Assembly: GCA_028278305.1 (NCBI GenBank)
Contig: JANQEP010000140.1
Coordinates: 1 to 45,878, forward strand
Reading direction: 5' to 3'
DNA length: 45,878 nt
DNA from: Candidatus Gastranaerophilales bacterium
GTDB lineage: Bacteria; Cyanobacteriota; Vampirovibrionia; Gastranaerophilales; UBA9971
Every line of letters starts with the position of its first letter. The first letter of the stretch is position 1. The notes beneath the pieces were generated by a model. It was not told the origin of the DNA, made no database searches, and was given only the letters and a program-made list of their open reading frames with translations. A program made the translations under genes and the position numbers. Positions 1-7,390 of this stretch are shown here, piece after piece.

Positions 1-60
1 CGCCCACCCTTAAAGGTGGTTAAGGGACTTCGTCCCTTAACAATTCCATATAGATTTTTG

Positions 61-98
61 AAAAATTTTAAAATGCGTAAGTTTTTATTCTTTACCCC
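61..98 (+). repeat. Intergenic repeat family 1, copy 1
   Basis: AAAAATTTTAAAATGCGTAAGTTTTTATTCTTTACCCC. Positions 61-97 are 37/37 identical to copy 2. Confidence 0.9.
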
Positions 99-270
99 GT
101 AAACAAAAAATTTCTTAAAATTTATAGAAAAAAGTATGCTGTCAGCACATCTCCTTCGGGCTGGGCGGGCATTTTGAAAAAATTTATAAGCAGCAGCTTG
201 AGTAAAAAAAATGAACAATCCGGGAAAACTTTTCGTTTTAGAATATAGAAAAAATTTCAAGGTGAAAAAA

Positions 271-636
271 ATGAGTGAAAAATGCGAAAAATATGAATCC
301 CTCTTTATTTTTGGTTCAGAAGAAGAACTTGCCAGTCACCTTGAAATTTGCGAAGATTGCCGGCAAGAACACAGTAAAATGCAAAAAACCCAAAATCTGA
401 TAAAAGAAGTAAAATCATATTATGAAACTGAAAAACCCAATAAAAAGAAACTGAACATCGACTTAATAAAAATTGCAACCGGAATAATTATTTTGTGCTT
501 AACCTGCTTTTCTGCCAGTCATTTGTTAATTGATAAAAAAGCCGGTGAATACAGCCTTTCTTATTGGGAAAGTGAATCAATCGTATCAGAAATGGGGCTT
601 CCTACAGATGAATACGGATTGCTTACGGTTTATTAA
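271..636 (+). CDS. Membrane-anchored anti-sigma factor, zf-HC2 (ZAS) type
   Basis: The H-x3-C-x2-C motif (HLEICEDC) is followed by one hydrophobic TM segment (IATGIIILCLTCFSASHLL). The TAA stop abuts the ATG of the ECF sigma gene (TAAATG). The ORF track starts at 211, but ATG 271 is preceded by AAGGTG at about 7 nt, so 271 is preferred. Confidence 0.7.
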   Translation: MSEKCEKYESLFIFGSEEELASHLEICEDCRQEHSKMQKTQNLIKEVKSYYETEKPNKKKLNIDLIKIATGIIILCLTCFSASHLLIDKKAGEYSLSYWESESIVSEMGLPTDEYGLLTVY

Positions 637-1170
637 ATGATGAATAACAGCGTAAAAAAAGAGAATAAAGGAATTGAAGCCATAATAAAACTTTATGGGC
701 AAAACATAAAAAACATTATTACTTCAATCATCGGAAACAGGCATTTTCAGGATATCCAGCAGGAAGTTTACATAAAACTCTGGAAAAACCTTCCCAAATA
801 TCAGGATAAAGGCAAACTTCAGGGCTGGGTTAAAAAAATTACCGTGAATACCTGCAAAGACCATTTAAAATCCAGGCAGTTTAACCAGGATAAGCTGACT
901 GACTACGAAGAAGATAACCTTATCAACATAAAAGACAAAAAAACAACACCTGATAACCTGTTTTTACTTAATGAAAGGCAGAAAAGAATAACCAATACTA
1001 TTGAGAGGCTTAAGCCAAAGCTGAAAGAAGTGATTATTCTATATGATATAAAAGAGATGACCTATGAGGAAATTTCCGAAAAAATAAAATGCCCGGTTGG
1101 AACTGTAAAATCAAGGCTTTTTAATGCCAGAAAAAAGCTTCAGAATGAATTAACAGATTTAATTGAATAA
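637..1170 (+). CDS. ECF-type RNA polymerase sigma-70 family factor
   Basis: 177 aa. Region 2-like (QQEVYIKLWKNLPKY...WVKKITVNTCKDHLKS) and region 4 HTH-like (MTYEEISEKIKCPVGTVKSRLFNARKKL) segments are present. It is adjacent to an anti-sigma gene. Confidence 0.85.
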   Translation: MMNNSVKKENKGIEAIIKLYGQNIKNIITSIIGNRHFQDIQQEVYIKLWKNLPKYQDKGKLQGWVKKITVNTCKDHLKSRQFNQDKLTDYEEDNLINIKDKKTTPDNLFLLNERQKRITNTIERLKPKLKEVIILYDIKEMTYEEISEKIKCPVGTVKSRLFNARKKLQNELTDLIE

Positions 1171-1190
1171 AAACTGAAAAGGAGAAATTT

Positions 1191-1730
1191 ATGAAAAAGC
1201 TTTTAATGCTGCTTGCAACAGTAGTTTTTGCGACTATGTCAATTAATTGTGCTTTTGCAAAAGAAGACCCTGATACCGGAAACTTTGGGAAATTCAAAAG
1301 CCGAAAAGAATTTCGCCAAAAACACGAAGAGCGTCTTAAGAAAGAAAGAAAAAAAATTAGAGAAAGGCTAAACCTTACAGAAGAACAAAAAGCCAGGGCA
1401 AAGGCAATTCATGAGGAAGCAATACCCAGGGTTCAGCCTATAATTCAAAAAATGAAACAAAAGATTGAAGAAATCAGGGAATTAAAGCAATCCGGCGCGT
1501 CCAGGGAAGAATTAAATCAAAAAGTCGAAGAAATTAAAGCCTTAAAAGAGCAGGCAAGCGAGATCCGCAGAAAAAATACAGAAAAATTTGAATCCATACT
1601 TAATGCCGAGCAAAAAGCAGAATTTAACAAGATTAAAGCAGAAGCGAAACAAAAAAGGAAAGAAATGCGCTCAAAAAGAAAAGAAAACAGAAAAGGCAGT
1701 CGTCGTCACCGGCAGATGGAAAGGAAATAA
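1191..1730 (+). CDS. Secreted Spy/CpxP-like (LTxxQ motif) periplasmic protein, highly K/E/R-rich
   Basis: It has an N-terminal signal peptide (MKKLLMLLATVVFATMSINCAFA) and an LTEEQ motif plus a second AEQK repeat. A GGAG-type RBS (AAGGAGA) lies upstream. It is co-oriented 20 nt after the ECF sigma gene. Confidence 0.6.
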   Translation: MKKLLMLLATVVFATMSINCAFAKEDPDTGNFGKFKSRKEFRQKHEERLKKERKKIRERLNLTEEQKARAKAIHEEAIPRVQPIIQKMKQKIEEIRELKQSGASREELNQKVEEIKALKEQASEIRRKNTEKFESILNAEQKAEFNKIKAEAKQKRKEMRSKRKENRKGSRRHRQMERK

Positions 1731-1770
1731 ACCGGAATATCTGTTTGGTTAAAAATATACAAAATATACT

Positions 1771-1806
1771 AAACGTAAAAAGCCGATATACCGGCTTTTT
1801 ACGTTT
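1771..1806. terminator. Bidirectional rho-independent terminator-like palindrome
   Basis: AAACGTAAAAAGCCG-atatac-CGGCTTTTTACGTTT forms a 15-bp perfect stem with A/T runs on both sides, about 40 nt after the stop of the Spy-like gene. Confidence 0.7.
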
Positions 1807-1955
1807 AAAGGAAGCTTTAAAACAGCGTAAAGCCAGTTATTACAGGGCTGTTTTGCCGGCTTGAAACATTAACTATATTTCGTTTAATATTATATTTGTT
1901 TTATGAAAATCCTTTTCAATAAAACCATGTTTAACTTAAAAAACAGGATTAATAA

Positions 1956-3584
1956 ATGATACCGGTTGATATAATAGCCTGGATTCTTTTTGTTTACCTT
2001 GCATATTATGTTTTTTACAGATATGTAATTATTTTCAGGTCATCTAAAGGCAGGTTTTATGATATTGAAAAACGTGAATATGAATCTTCCTACGATCGAA
2101 AATTCACAATAATTATTTATTCACATAACAGCTCCGCAAAAGTAAAATCACTCGTAGAATCGTTTGCCCGTCAAAATTATGATGAGAAAAAGTATTCTAT
2201 AAACGTTATTCTCGATAACTGTGACAGCGAAAATACAAAACTGCTGGAAATCCTTGGCGGTACAAAGCTATGGAGAATAAACACCGACGTAAAACCCATA
2301 GGGAAATATAAAGCGTTTGCCTGGCTCCTGGAGAGAATCAGGGCTTTTGAAAATACAAATGCTTTTGTTTTTCTTGACGCCGACTGCAAAATTAAAAGCG
2401 ATTTTCTTGAAAAAGCCAATCTTAATCTTAACGAGGAGTCAGTTATAGCCGGGGAAATCATAAAAAGAAAGAATTTTTTACTTAACAGGATTGTTAACGT
2501 AAAAAATAAAATTAATAACAGGGTAATGAGGCATGGAAGGTTTTATACTTCTCTGGGAAACATAATTGATACTGATGTTTTGCTTATAAAGCAGGATATT
2601 CTGGAAAAAATTGAATTTGAGTCCGTTAAAAACGGCTTTGAAGAGTTTGAATACCCTGTTAAGCTTAAATATTTCAAGGTAGCTGTAGCATATTCAAGTG
2701 ATATAACGGTTTATAAAAACCAGATCGAAACATTAAAATCAATTGCAATAGATGAATACAGGAAAAGATACGGTTCCCTGAGAGCGTTTATAAACAATTT
2801 TAGTATCCTGTTTACCAGAAGCAGCCTTTCTGTTAAAGAATTCATATTATCAATGCTATATCCCTCAGGGTCTGTTTTTTTTCTCTGGAATATTGTTTTA
2901 ATGGGCATAATTTTAACTTATCCGTCTGCCCAGTTTTCCCGGCTTATAACCCTGGATATTCTCTGGGGATTACTGGTTTTAAAGATTTTTTCCGATTTTT
3001 ATTCGCTAATAGCCCTGCGGGGAAGTATTCTTGATTATTATCATTCTTTGCTGCTGTTTTTGCTGTCGCCTGTTATTTACTTAAGGTCAATACTGGTAGG
3101 GTTTGTAACCACACCAGCTGCTGGAAAAGAAAGAGAAGCGCATAATCCCGGAGTTATTAATTTTGAAAAAAATACAGCTGATGTAACCATAACCGACGGT
3201 AAAAAGGAATTTCCCTGCAAAATAGAGGTGATCAAAACAGATGAAAACGCCAGGGCTACGTTTATGTTCAGGGATAAGAAACTCAGCTCTTCTAGGCATC
3301 CCCGTGTAAGCTATGCAGTGGAGGAAATTGTAGAGAAGTTGAAAAAGCACGGTTTTTCGCTTAAAATTTGCTCAAACTGCGGGTATTTCCTGATAACAGA
3401 ATCCACCGCCGCCCATTCAGACGGGGAAAAAGGGTATTGCCTGTACAATAACTTTAAGGAAAACTCAAAGGAAAAAAAGTTTATGCCGGTCTGGGATTCC
3501 TGCAAAAATATAATTCCGGCTCAGGCAAGAGCATATATTTTACAGCAGCTCGGGCTTGAAAAATCTTCATCCGGAAGCAGGTAA
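1956..3584 (+). CDS. GT2-like membrane glycosyltransferase with C-terminal Cys-rich cytoplasmic domain
   Basis: An N-terminal TM segment is followed by a GT-A-like core (FTIIIYSHNS..., NVILDNCDSEN, FLDADCKI = DxD). A multi-TM block spans about aa 295-385. A soluble tail of about 157 aa carries CSNC...C...C. Confidence 0.6.
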   Translation: MIPVDIIAWILFVYLAYYVFYRYVIIFRSSKGRFYDIEKREYESSYDRKFTIIIYSHNSSAKVKSLVESFARQNYDEKKYSINVILDNCDSENTKLLEILGGTKLWRINTDVKPIGKYKAFAWLLERIRAFENTNAFVFLDADCKIKSDFLEKANLNLNEESVIAGEIIKRKNFLLNRIVNVKNKINNRVMRHGRFYTSLGNIIDTDVLLIKQDILEKIEFESVKNGFEEFEYPVKLKYFKVAVAYSSDITVYKNQIETLKSIAIDEYRKRYGSLRAFINNFSILFTRSSLSVKEFILSMLYPSGSVFFLWNIVLMGIILTYPSAQFSRLITLDILWGLLVLKIFSDFYSLIALRGSILDYYHSLLLFLLSPVIYLRSILVGFVTTPAAGKEREAHNPGVINFEKNTADVTITDGKKEFPCKIEVIKTDENARATFMFRDKKLSSSRHPRVSYAVEEIVEKLKKHGFSLKICSNCGYFLITESTAAHSDGEKGYCLYNNFKENSKEKKFMPVWDSCKNIIPAQARAYILQQLGLEKSSSGSR

Positions 3585-3877
3585 CTTTTGTTAAGAAATA
3601 TAAATCATTTTTTATTATTTTTTTATCATTATTTTTTATAAACTGGATATATAATTCATATTGTATAAATACATAGCAAGTATAGGCAAATTTAAGCTAA
3701 AATAACCCAAAACCCTTCTTTCAAGTGCATTTTCTCCTAAAACACCTTAAAACGCCTATTAATCAGGAAAAATGGCAATTTTTGTTTAAACAAAGTTTTT
3801 AAATTAATAGAAGTAGAATAATAGTTAAAAACTAATGTAGAAATTTAGCAATAAATATTTTGGAAGGGGAGTAAATT

Positions 3878-4300
3878 ATGTCCTTAGTCTCAGCAGTGGG
3901 TGGAATAGCATGCGCCGTAGACGGTATTTCTGAAAAGCAAAGGGAAGCTGGTCTTATTGCAAAAGAAATAGCCAGATACGGTGAGCAAAGTAATAATATT
4001 GGAGCTGAAATTTCAAGGGTTCAATCCTATTTTGCAAACATGATGAATTTTGCGATGATGCAACTCCGACAATCAGGAAATTCTCCTGATGGAAACGATA
4101 TTATCCGATATATTCAAAATCAGGAACGTATTCAGGTTTCTATTTTAGAACGAAAACAAAAACGTTTGCACGATAAAGAAAAAGAACTTAACAGAATGAA
4201 AAACTGGCTAGAAACCTACTTACAAATAGAGGAAGCAAACTTAAAAAGAGAAAAGAAATTCGTAAAGAAGGCGATAAAGATAGGGTTCGAATACGCATAA
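3878..4300 (+). CDS. Hypothetical coiled-coil protein
   Basis: 140-aa ORF with a strong SD (GGAAGGGGAG) 6-7 nt upstream and a K/E-rich predicted coiled-coil C-terminal half. A terminator follows. I recognised no family. Confidence 0.55.
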   Translation: MSLVSAVGGIACAVDGISEKQREAGLIAKEIARYGEQSNNIGAEISRVQSYFANMMNFAMMQLRQSGNSPDGNDIIRYIQNQERIQVSILERKQKRLHDKEKELNRMKNWLETYLQIEEANLKREKKFVKKAIKIGFEYA

Positions 4301-4330
4301 AAATAAGTTTAACAAAATATTTAAATACAA

Positions 4331-4358
4331 AAAAGAGAGGACTTCGGTCCTCTTTTTT
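4331..4358. terminator. Bidirectional rho-independent terminator
   Basis: AAAAGAGAGGAC-TTCG-GTCCTCTTTTTT is a GC stem with a UUCG tetraloop, an A-run upstream and a T-run downstream. It sits between convergent genes. Confidence 0.8.
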
Positions 4359-4706
4359 ACTGATTTTTAACACATAGCTAAAAGCTCCTTTAGGATTGAA
4401 TTGTAAAGACGGACTGTTTGGAAATTGACAATCTGCCTTGCTTTATAGGACGAATTGCCTTCAGCACGTTCCAGGTAAGCAAAAGCGACTAAATATATCC
4501 AAATAAAAATCGAAGCACCATGCTGTGTTGCTGACAGCGATTAATACCCACTCAATGTTTGAGTATTTTGAAAGTTTTCTCTATTTTCCATCGCTTGAAA
4601 CATATGCAACCTCTAATTTCAGACTTAATACCCTGTTAGTAGAGGTTTACTCTATTTCTCAGCTTTTCTCAAAAATCAGTTTTAATAATAATTTTTAAGA
4701 AAATCA

Positions 4707-5345
4707 TTATATATGATCATTATTTACCAGATATTCCCTGATACTATTTAACGCAGACTGAACAATCCTTGTAATTCTGGAAGACGATAAACCAACCTGG
4801 TTCGCAATATCTTTTATCTGAAGATTTCTGTAAAACCTATATTCTACAATTGTTCTTTCTTTTGGGGGCAGACTGGCAATTGCCCTTTTAATGGCTTTGC
4901 TAAGCTCAACAAGCTCCATCCTTTCCTCAGGAAGAGCTGAGCTATCTTTGAGAAAATCAAAAGGCGTGTCATTGTCAGAAGCATCAGATAAACTATCAAT
5001 GGAAAGAATAGCTTCATAAATCCCTTCCCTCAATTTTTCCGGGGATGCGTCAATTCCCCCTGATCCTTCTTCTTCATTCTCTGTTTTTTCCCCATGCTTA
5101 TATGAATACCATTTATAGCGGTTTCTTAACTCGTTTCTTATAGCCCATCTGATTGCTGTACCAATATAGGACTTGTTATATTTTTCAAGTTCTTTTTCAT
5201 TTTTATCTTTTATAAGAGCCTGAACAGCAATTATTCCAATACTTACCAGTTCTTCATGTTCCACCATATGATTAGGTATGCGCCTTTGCTCTATTCGCGC
5301 CACCTTTTCAACAATATCTATATAGTCTTTAACCCTACTGTCCAC
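4707..5345 (-). CDS. fliA: Sigma-70 family factor, FliA/sigma-28-like
   Basis: 212 aa. It has a region 2-like segment (EELVSIGIIAVQALIKDK...GTAIRWAIRNELRN) and a region 4 HTH (LQIKDIANQVGLSSSRITRIVQSAL). It lies 24 nt downstream of flhB on the same strand. Confidence 0.65.
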   Translation of the reverse strand: MDSRVKDYIDIVEKVARIEQRRIPNHMVEHEELVSIGIIAVQALIKDKNEKELEKYNKSYIGTAIRWAIRNELRNRYKWYSYKHGEKTENEEEGSGGIDASPEKLREGIYEAILSIDSLSDASDNDTPFDFLKDSSALPEERMELVELSKAIKRAIASLPPKERTIVEYRFYRNLQIKDIANQVGLSSSRITRIVQSALNSIREYLVNNDHI

Positions 5346-5369
5346 GGATTCTTTAACTTTCTTGATAAA

Positions 5370-6455
5370 CTATGAAGCGGTGTTTATATCTGATTTATTT
5401 TCCTTACGTAAATTATATACAAATAATAGAATTTCCGCTACCGCTTTATATAATTCAGGAGGAATTTCTCTGTTAACTTCAACAAATCTGTACAGTGCGC
5501 GGGCTACAGGGGGATTTTCAATAACAGGAATATTATATTGTTTTGCCAGCTCAACGATTTTTTTTGCGAATAATTCTGTTCCTTTAGCAAGAACTCTTGG
5601 GGCGTTCATTTCTTCAGGATTATATTTTACTGCAACAGCTACGTGAGTAGGGTTTGTGGTTATAAAATCCGCCCCCGGCACAGCTTCAAGCATTGTCTGT
5701 TGAATCATTTGCATACGCCTCTGTCTTAAGGCTGACTTCATATGAGGATCTCCCTCGGTATTTTTATATTCATCCTTGATTTCTTTAAATGACATTTTCT
5801 GGTCTCTTAAAAACTTCCATCTGGTAAATAAATAATCCACCCCGGCAATAAAAAGAAAAATAATTCCCGCTTTTGTCACGAAGTCAATTATCATTTTGCC
5901 AAACTCAAAAATAACTGCAAAAGTATTCTCCATAGCGCACAGGGTAAGTAAGGCAGGAATATGGGACTTAAAGGTAAAAAAAGCTACAGCGCCAAGAATC
6001 ACGACTTTTATGATATTTTTAGCAAGCTCAAAATATGTTTTTATGTTAAAAAATATATTTTTAAACCCGGTAACAGGATTTAGTTTGGAAAATTTCGGCT
6101 CTATTGATTTTGTTGTCATCAGCGGACCTACCTGCATAAAATCCCCTATTATAGCCGTTAGAAAAGCCAGAAGAAGTATAGGTCCTATAATCAGAATGGT
6201 AGGCAGTGCCGCAAGAAAAAAAATGTAGAGATAGCCTATATTTTCAATATGTGCATGAGGAATCTGTTCATAGACAAGCACAAAAAGCTTTGAAAACTGC
6301 TCCCAGAGTATAGGAGCAATATAATATATTGCAGTAAACATTACCAGCAAGAATATAGCGGTGGATAAATCCTTACTTTTTACTACCTGTCCTTCTTTTT
6401 TAACTTTTCTTAATTTCTGGGGCGTTGCCTCAAAAGGCTTATCCTCATCAGACAT
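5370..6455 (-). CDS. flhB: Flagellar export apparatus protein FlhB
   Basis: It carries the NPTH autocleavage motif (TTNPTHVAVAVKY), four N-terminal TM segments and a typical N-terminus (KPFEATPQKLRKVKKEGQVVKSKDL). The ORF track starts at a TTG at 6479. ATG 6455 (MSDEDKP...) fits FlhB N-termini better. Confidence 0.9.
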   Translation of the reverse strand: MSDEDKPFEATPQKLRKVKKEGQVVKSKDLSTAIFLLVMFTAIYYIAPILWEQFSKLFVLVYEQIPHAHIENIGYLYIFFLAALPTILIIGPILLLAFLTAIIGDFMQVGPLMTTKSIEPKFSKLNPVTGFKNIFFNIKTYFELAKNIIKVVILGAVAFFTFKSHIPALLTLCAMENTFAVIFEFGKMIIDFVTKAGIIFLFIAGVDYLFTRWKFLRDQKMSFKEIKDEYKNTEGDPHMKSALRQRRMQMIQQTMLEAVPGADFITTNPTHVAVAVKYNPEEMNAPRVLAKGTELFAKKIVELAKQYNIPVIENPPVARALYRFVEVNREIPPELYKAVAEILLFVYNLRKENKSDINTAS

Positions 6456-6556
6456 AATATATTCCCAATAGCCTAACAACTCTTTATTTATACATTATAA
6501 CTTAACCGGCAGAGCTGTCATTTTTTCTCATAATACGTTTTAACAAAGCGTTAATG

Positions 6557-7243
6557 TCACCTTAAAATGCATTCGCTGCCCTGAGTCCTGAGAATTTCCA
6601 ATAACCCGGAGAATTCCTCATCACTGTAATTTTCCTGCTTGCCGGGCTCAATATCCAGCCCTTTGGAAGGAGTATATTTTTGCAATACAAGTTTTGAGCC
6701 TTTTACAAGCTCTCTTATTTTGATTATGTCACTTTTTGATAACAGGGATTTAAGCACTGTTGTGCGAAACTCATGACTTAGCTGTGAGTTTTGGATTATA
6801 TTTATGCTCTGTTGTATTTTTTGAGTATCAATTTTTTTTCTTACAATTTCAGAATAACTTTCAAGCGGGGCTTTTATATCCATCGCAATATAATCAACAA
6901 TCCCGGTTTTTATGGCTTCTTGCAGAATTTCAGGGTTACTTCCGTTAGTATCGAGTTTTATGAGAAAACCCGGTTGTTTAATTTTTTTCATAAACTTTAT
7001 TAAATCAGGTTGTAAGGTTGGCTCTCCTCCGGTTATAACCACAGCATCAATTTTTTTTTGTCTTTGTCCGAGAAAAGCCAGGATTTGCTCAGGGGTTATT
7101 ATACTGCTATGTTCTTTAGTGCTGATTAGTTCTTTGTTATGGCAATACACGCAGTCAAAATTACACCCCCGGGTAAAAATTATGGAAGAAATTTGACCCG
7201 GATAGTCTATAAGTGAAAATTTTTGAAGCCCGCCAATTATCAT
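6557..7243 (-). CDS. nrdG: Radical-SAM activase, anaerobic ribonucleoside-triphosphate reductase activating protein-like
   Basis: FSLIDYPGQISSIIFTRGCNFDCVYCHN is the CxxxCxxC radical-SAM cluster motif in the NrdG-type context. The ORF track starts at a GTG at 7273; ATG 7243 (MIIGGLQKFS...) matches family N-termini. Confidence 0.7.
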   Translation of the reverse strand: MIIGGLQKFSLIDYPGQISSIIFTRGCNFDCVYCHNKELISTKEHSSIITPEQILAFLGQRQKKIDAVVITGGEPTLQPDLIKFMKKIKQPGFLIKLDTNGSNPEILQEAIKTGIVDYIAMDIKAPLESYSEIVRKKIDTQKIQQSINIIQNSQLSHEFRTTVLKSLLSKSDIIKIRELVKGSKLVLQKYTPSKGLDIEPGKQENYSDEEFSGLLEILRTQGSECILR

Positions 7244-7271
7244 AAGTTTATCTATTATAAAACAAAGTTTC

Positions 7272-7297
7272 ACTTATAAGGGGTAAACAATAAAAAA
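7272..7297 (-). repeat. Intergenic repeat family 1, partial or degenerate copy 5
   Basis: The reverse complement reads TTTTTTATTGTTTACCCCTTATAAG. This matches the 3' part of the element plus the copy-3 flank (TTTTTATTCTTTACCCCTTATATAAG). It lies just upstream of nrdG. Confidence 0.55.
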
Positions 7298-7390
7298 TTA
7301 ATAAAAATCGTTAAAAGTAGAGCTGCTGTTATACCTTAAATGAACGAAGCCCGCACCTCATGCCTGGTGAAGCGTACTTGCGGAAATTAT

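Noticed and set aside
1-40. Two adjacent hairpins (CCACC-cttaaa-GGTGG and TTAAGGGAC-ttc-GTCCCTTAA). On the minus strand there is a GGGTGG that faintly resembles a T-box core.
   Set aside because: The T-box resemblance is only 6 nt and the rest of a leader (specifier loop, stem I motifs) is not recognisable. The hairpins are most simply terminators of a gene lying left of the window, and the context is cut off.
74-103. A 9-codon mini-ORF (ATG CGT AAG TTT TTA TTC TTT ACC CCG TAA) inside the family-1 repeat.
   Set aside because: The ATG is present only in copies 1 and 2. Copies 3 and 4 have AGG and ACG at that position while the rest of the element is conserved, so selection is not acting on a peptide.
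211-270. The upstream ATG at 211, used as the start of the anti-sigma ORF in the ORF track.
   Set aside because: It has no Shine-Dalgarno sequence and its first 20 codons add a basic, non-conserved-looking extension. ATG 271 has AAGGTG at the correct spacing. The 26-nt upstream motif, with its -10-like end, would lie inside the longer ORF.
3717-3728. A shared 11-12-mer CTTTCAAGTGC, also at 45419-45431, with CTTTCAAGTA at 45311-45320.
   Set aside because: Exact 12-mer coincidences are expected many times by chance in a 46-kb AT-rich window, and there is no extended similarity in the flanks.
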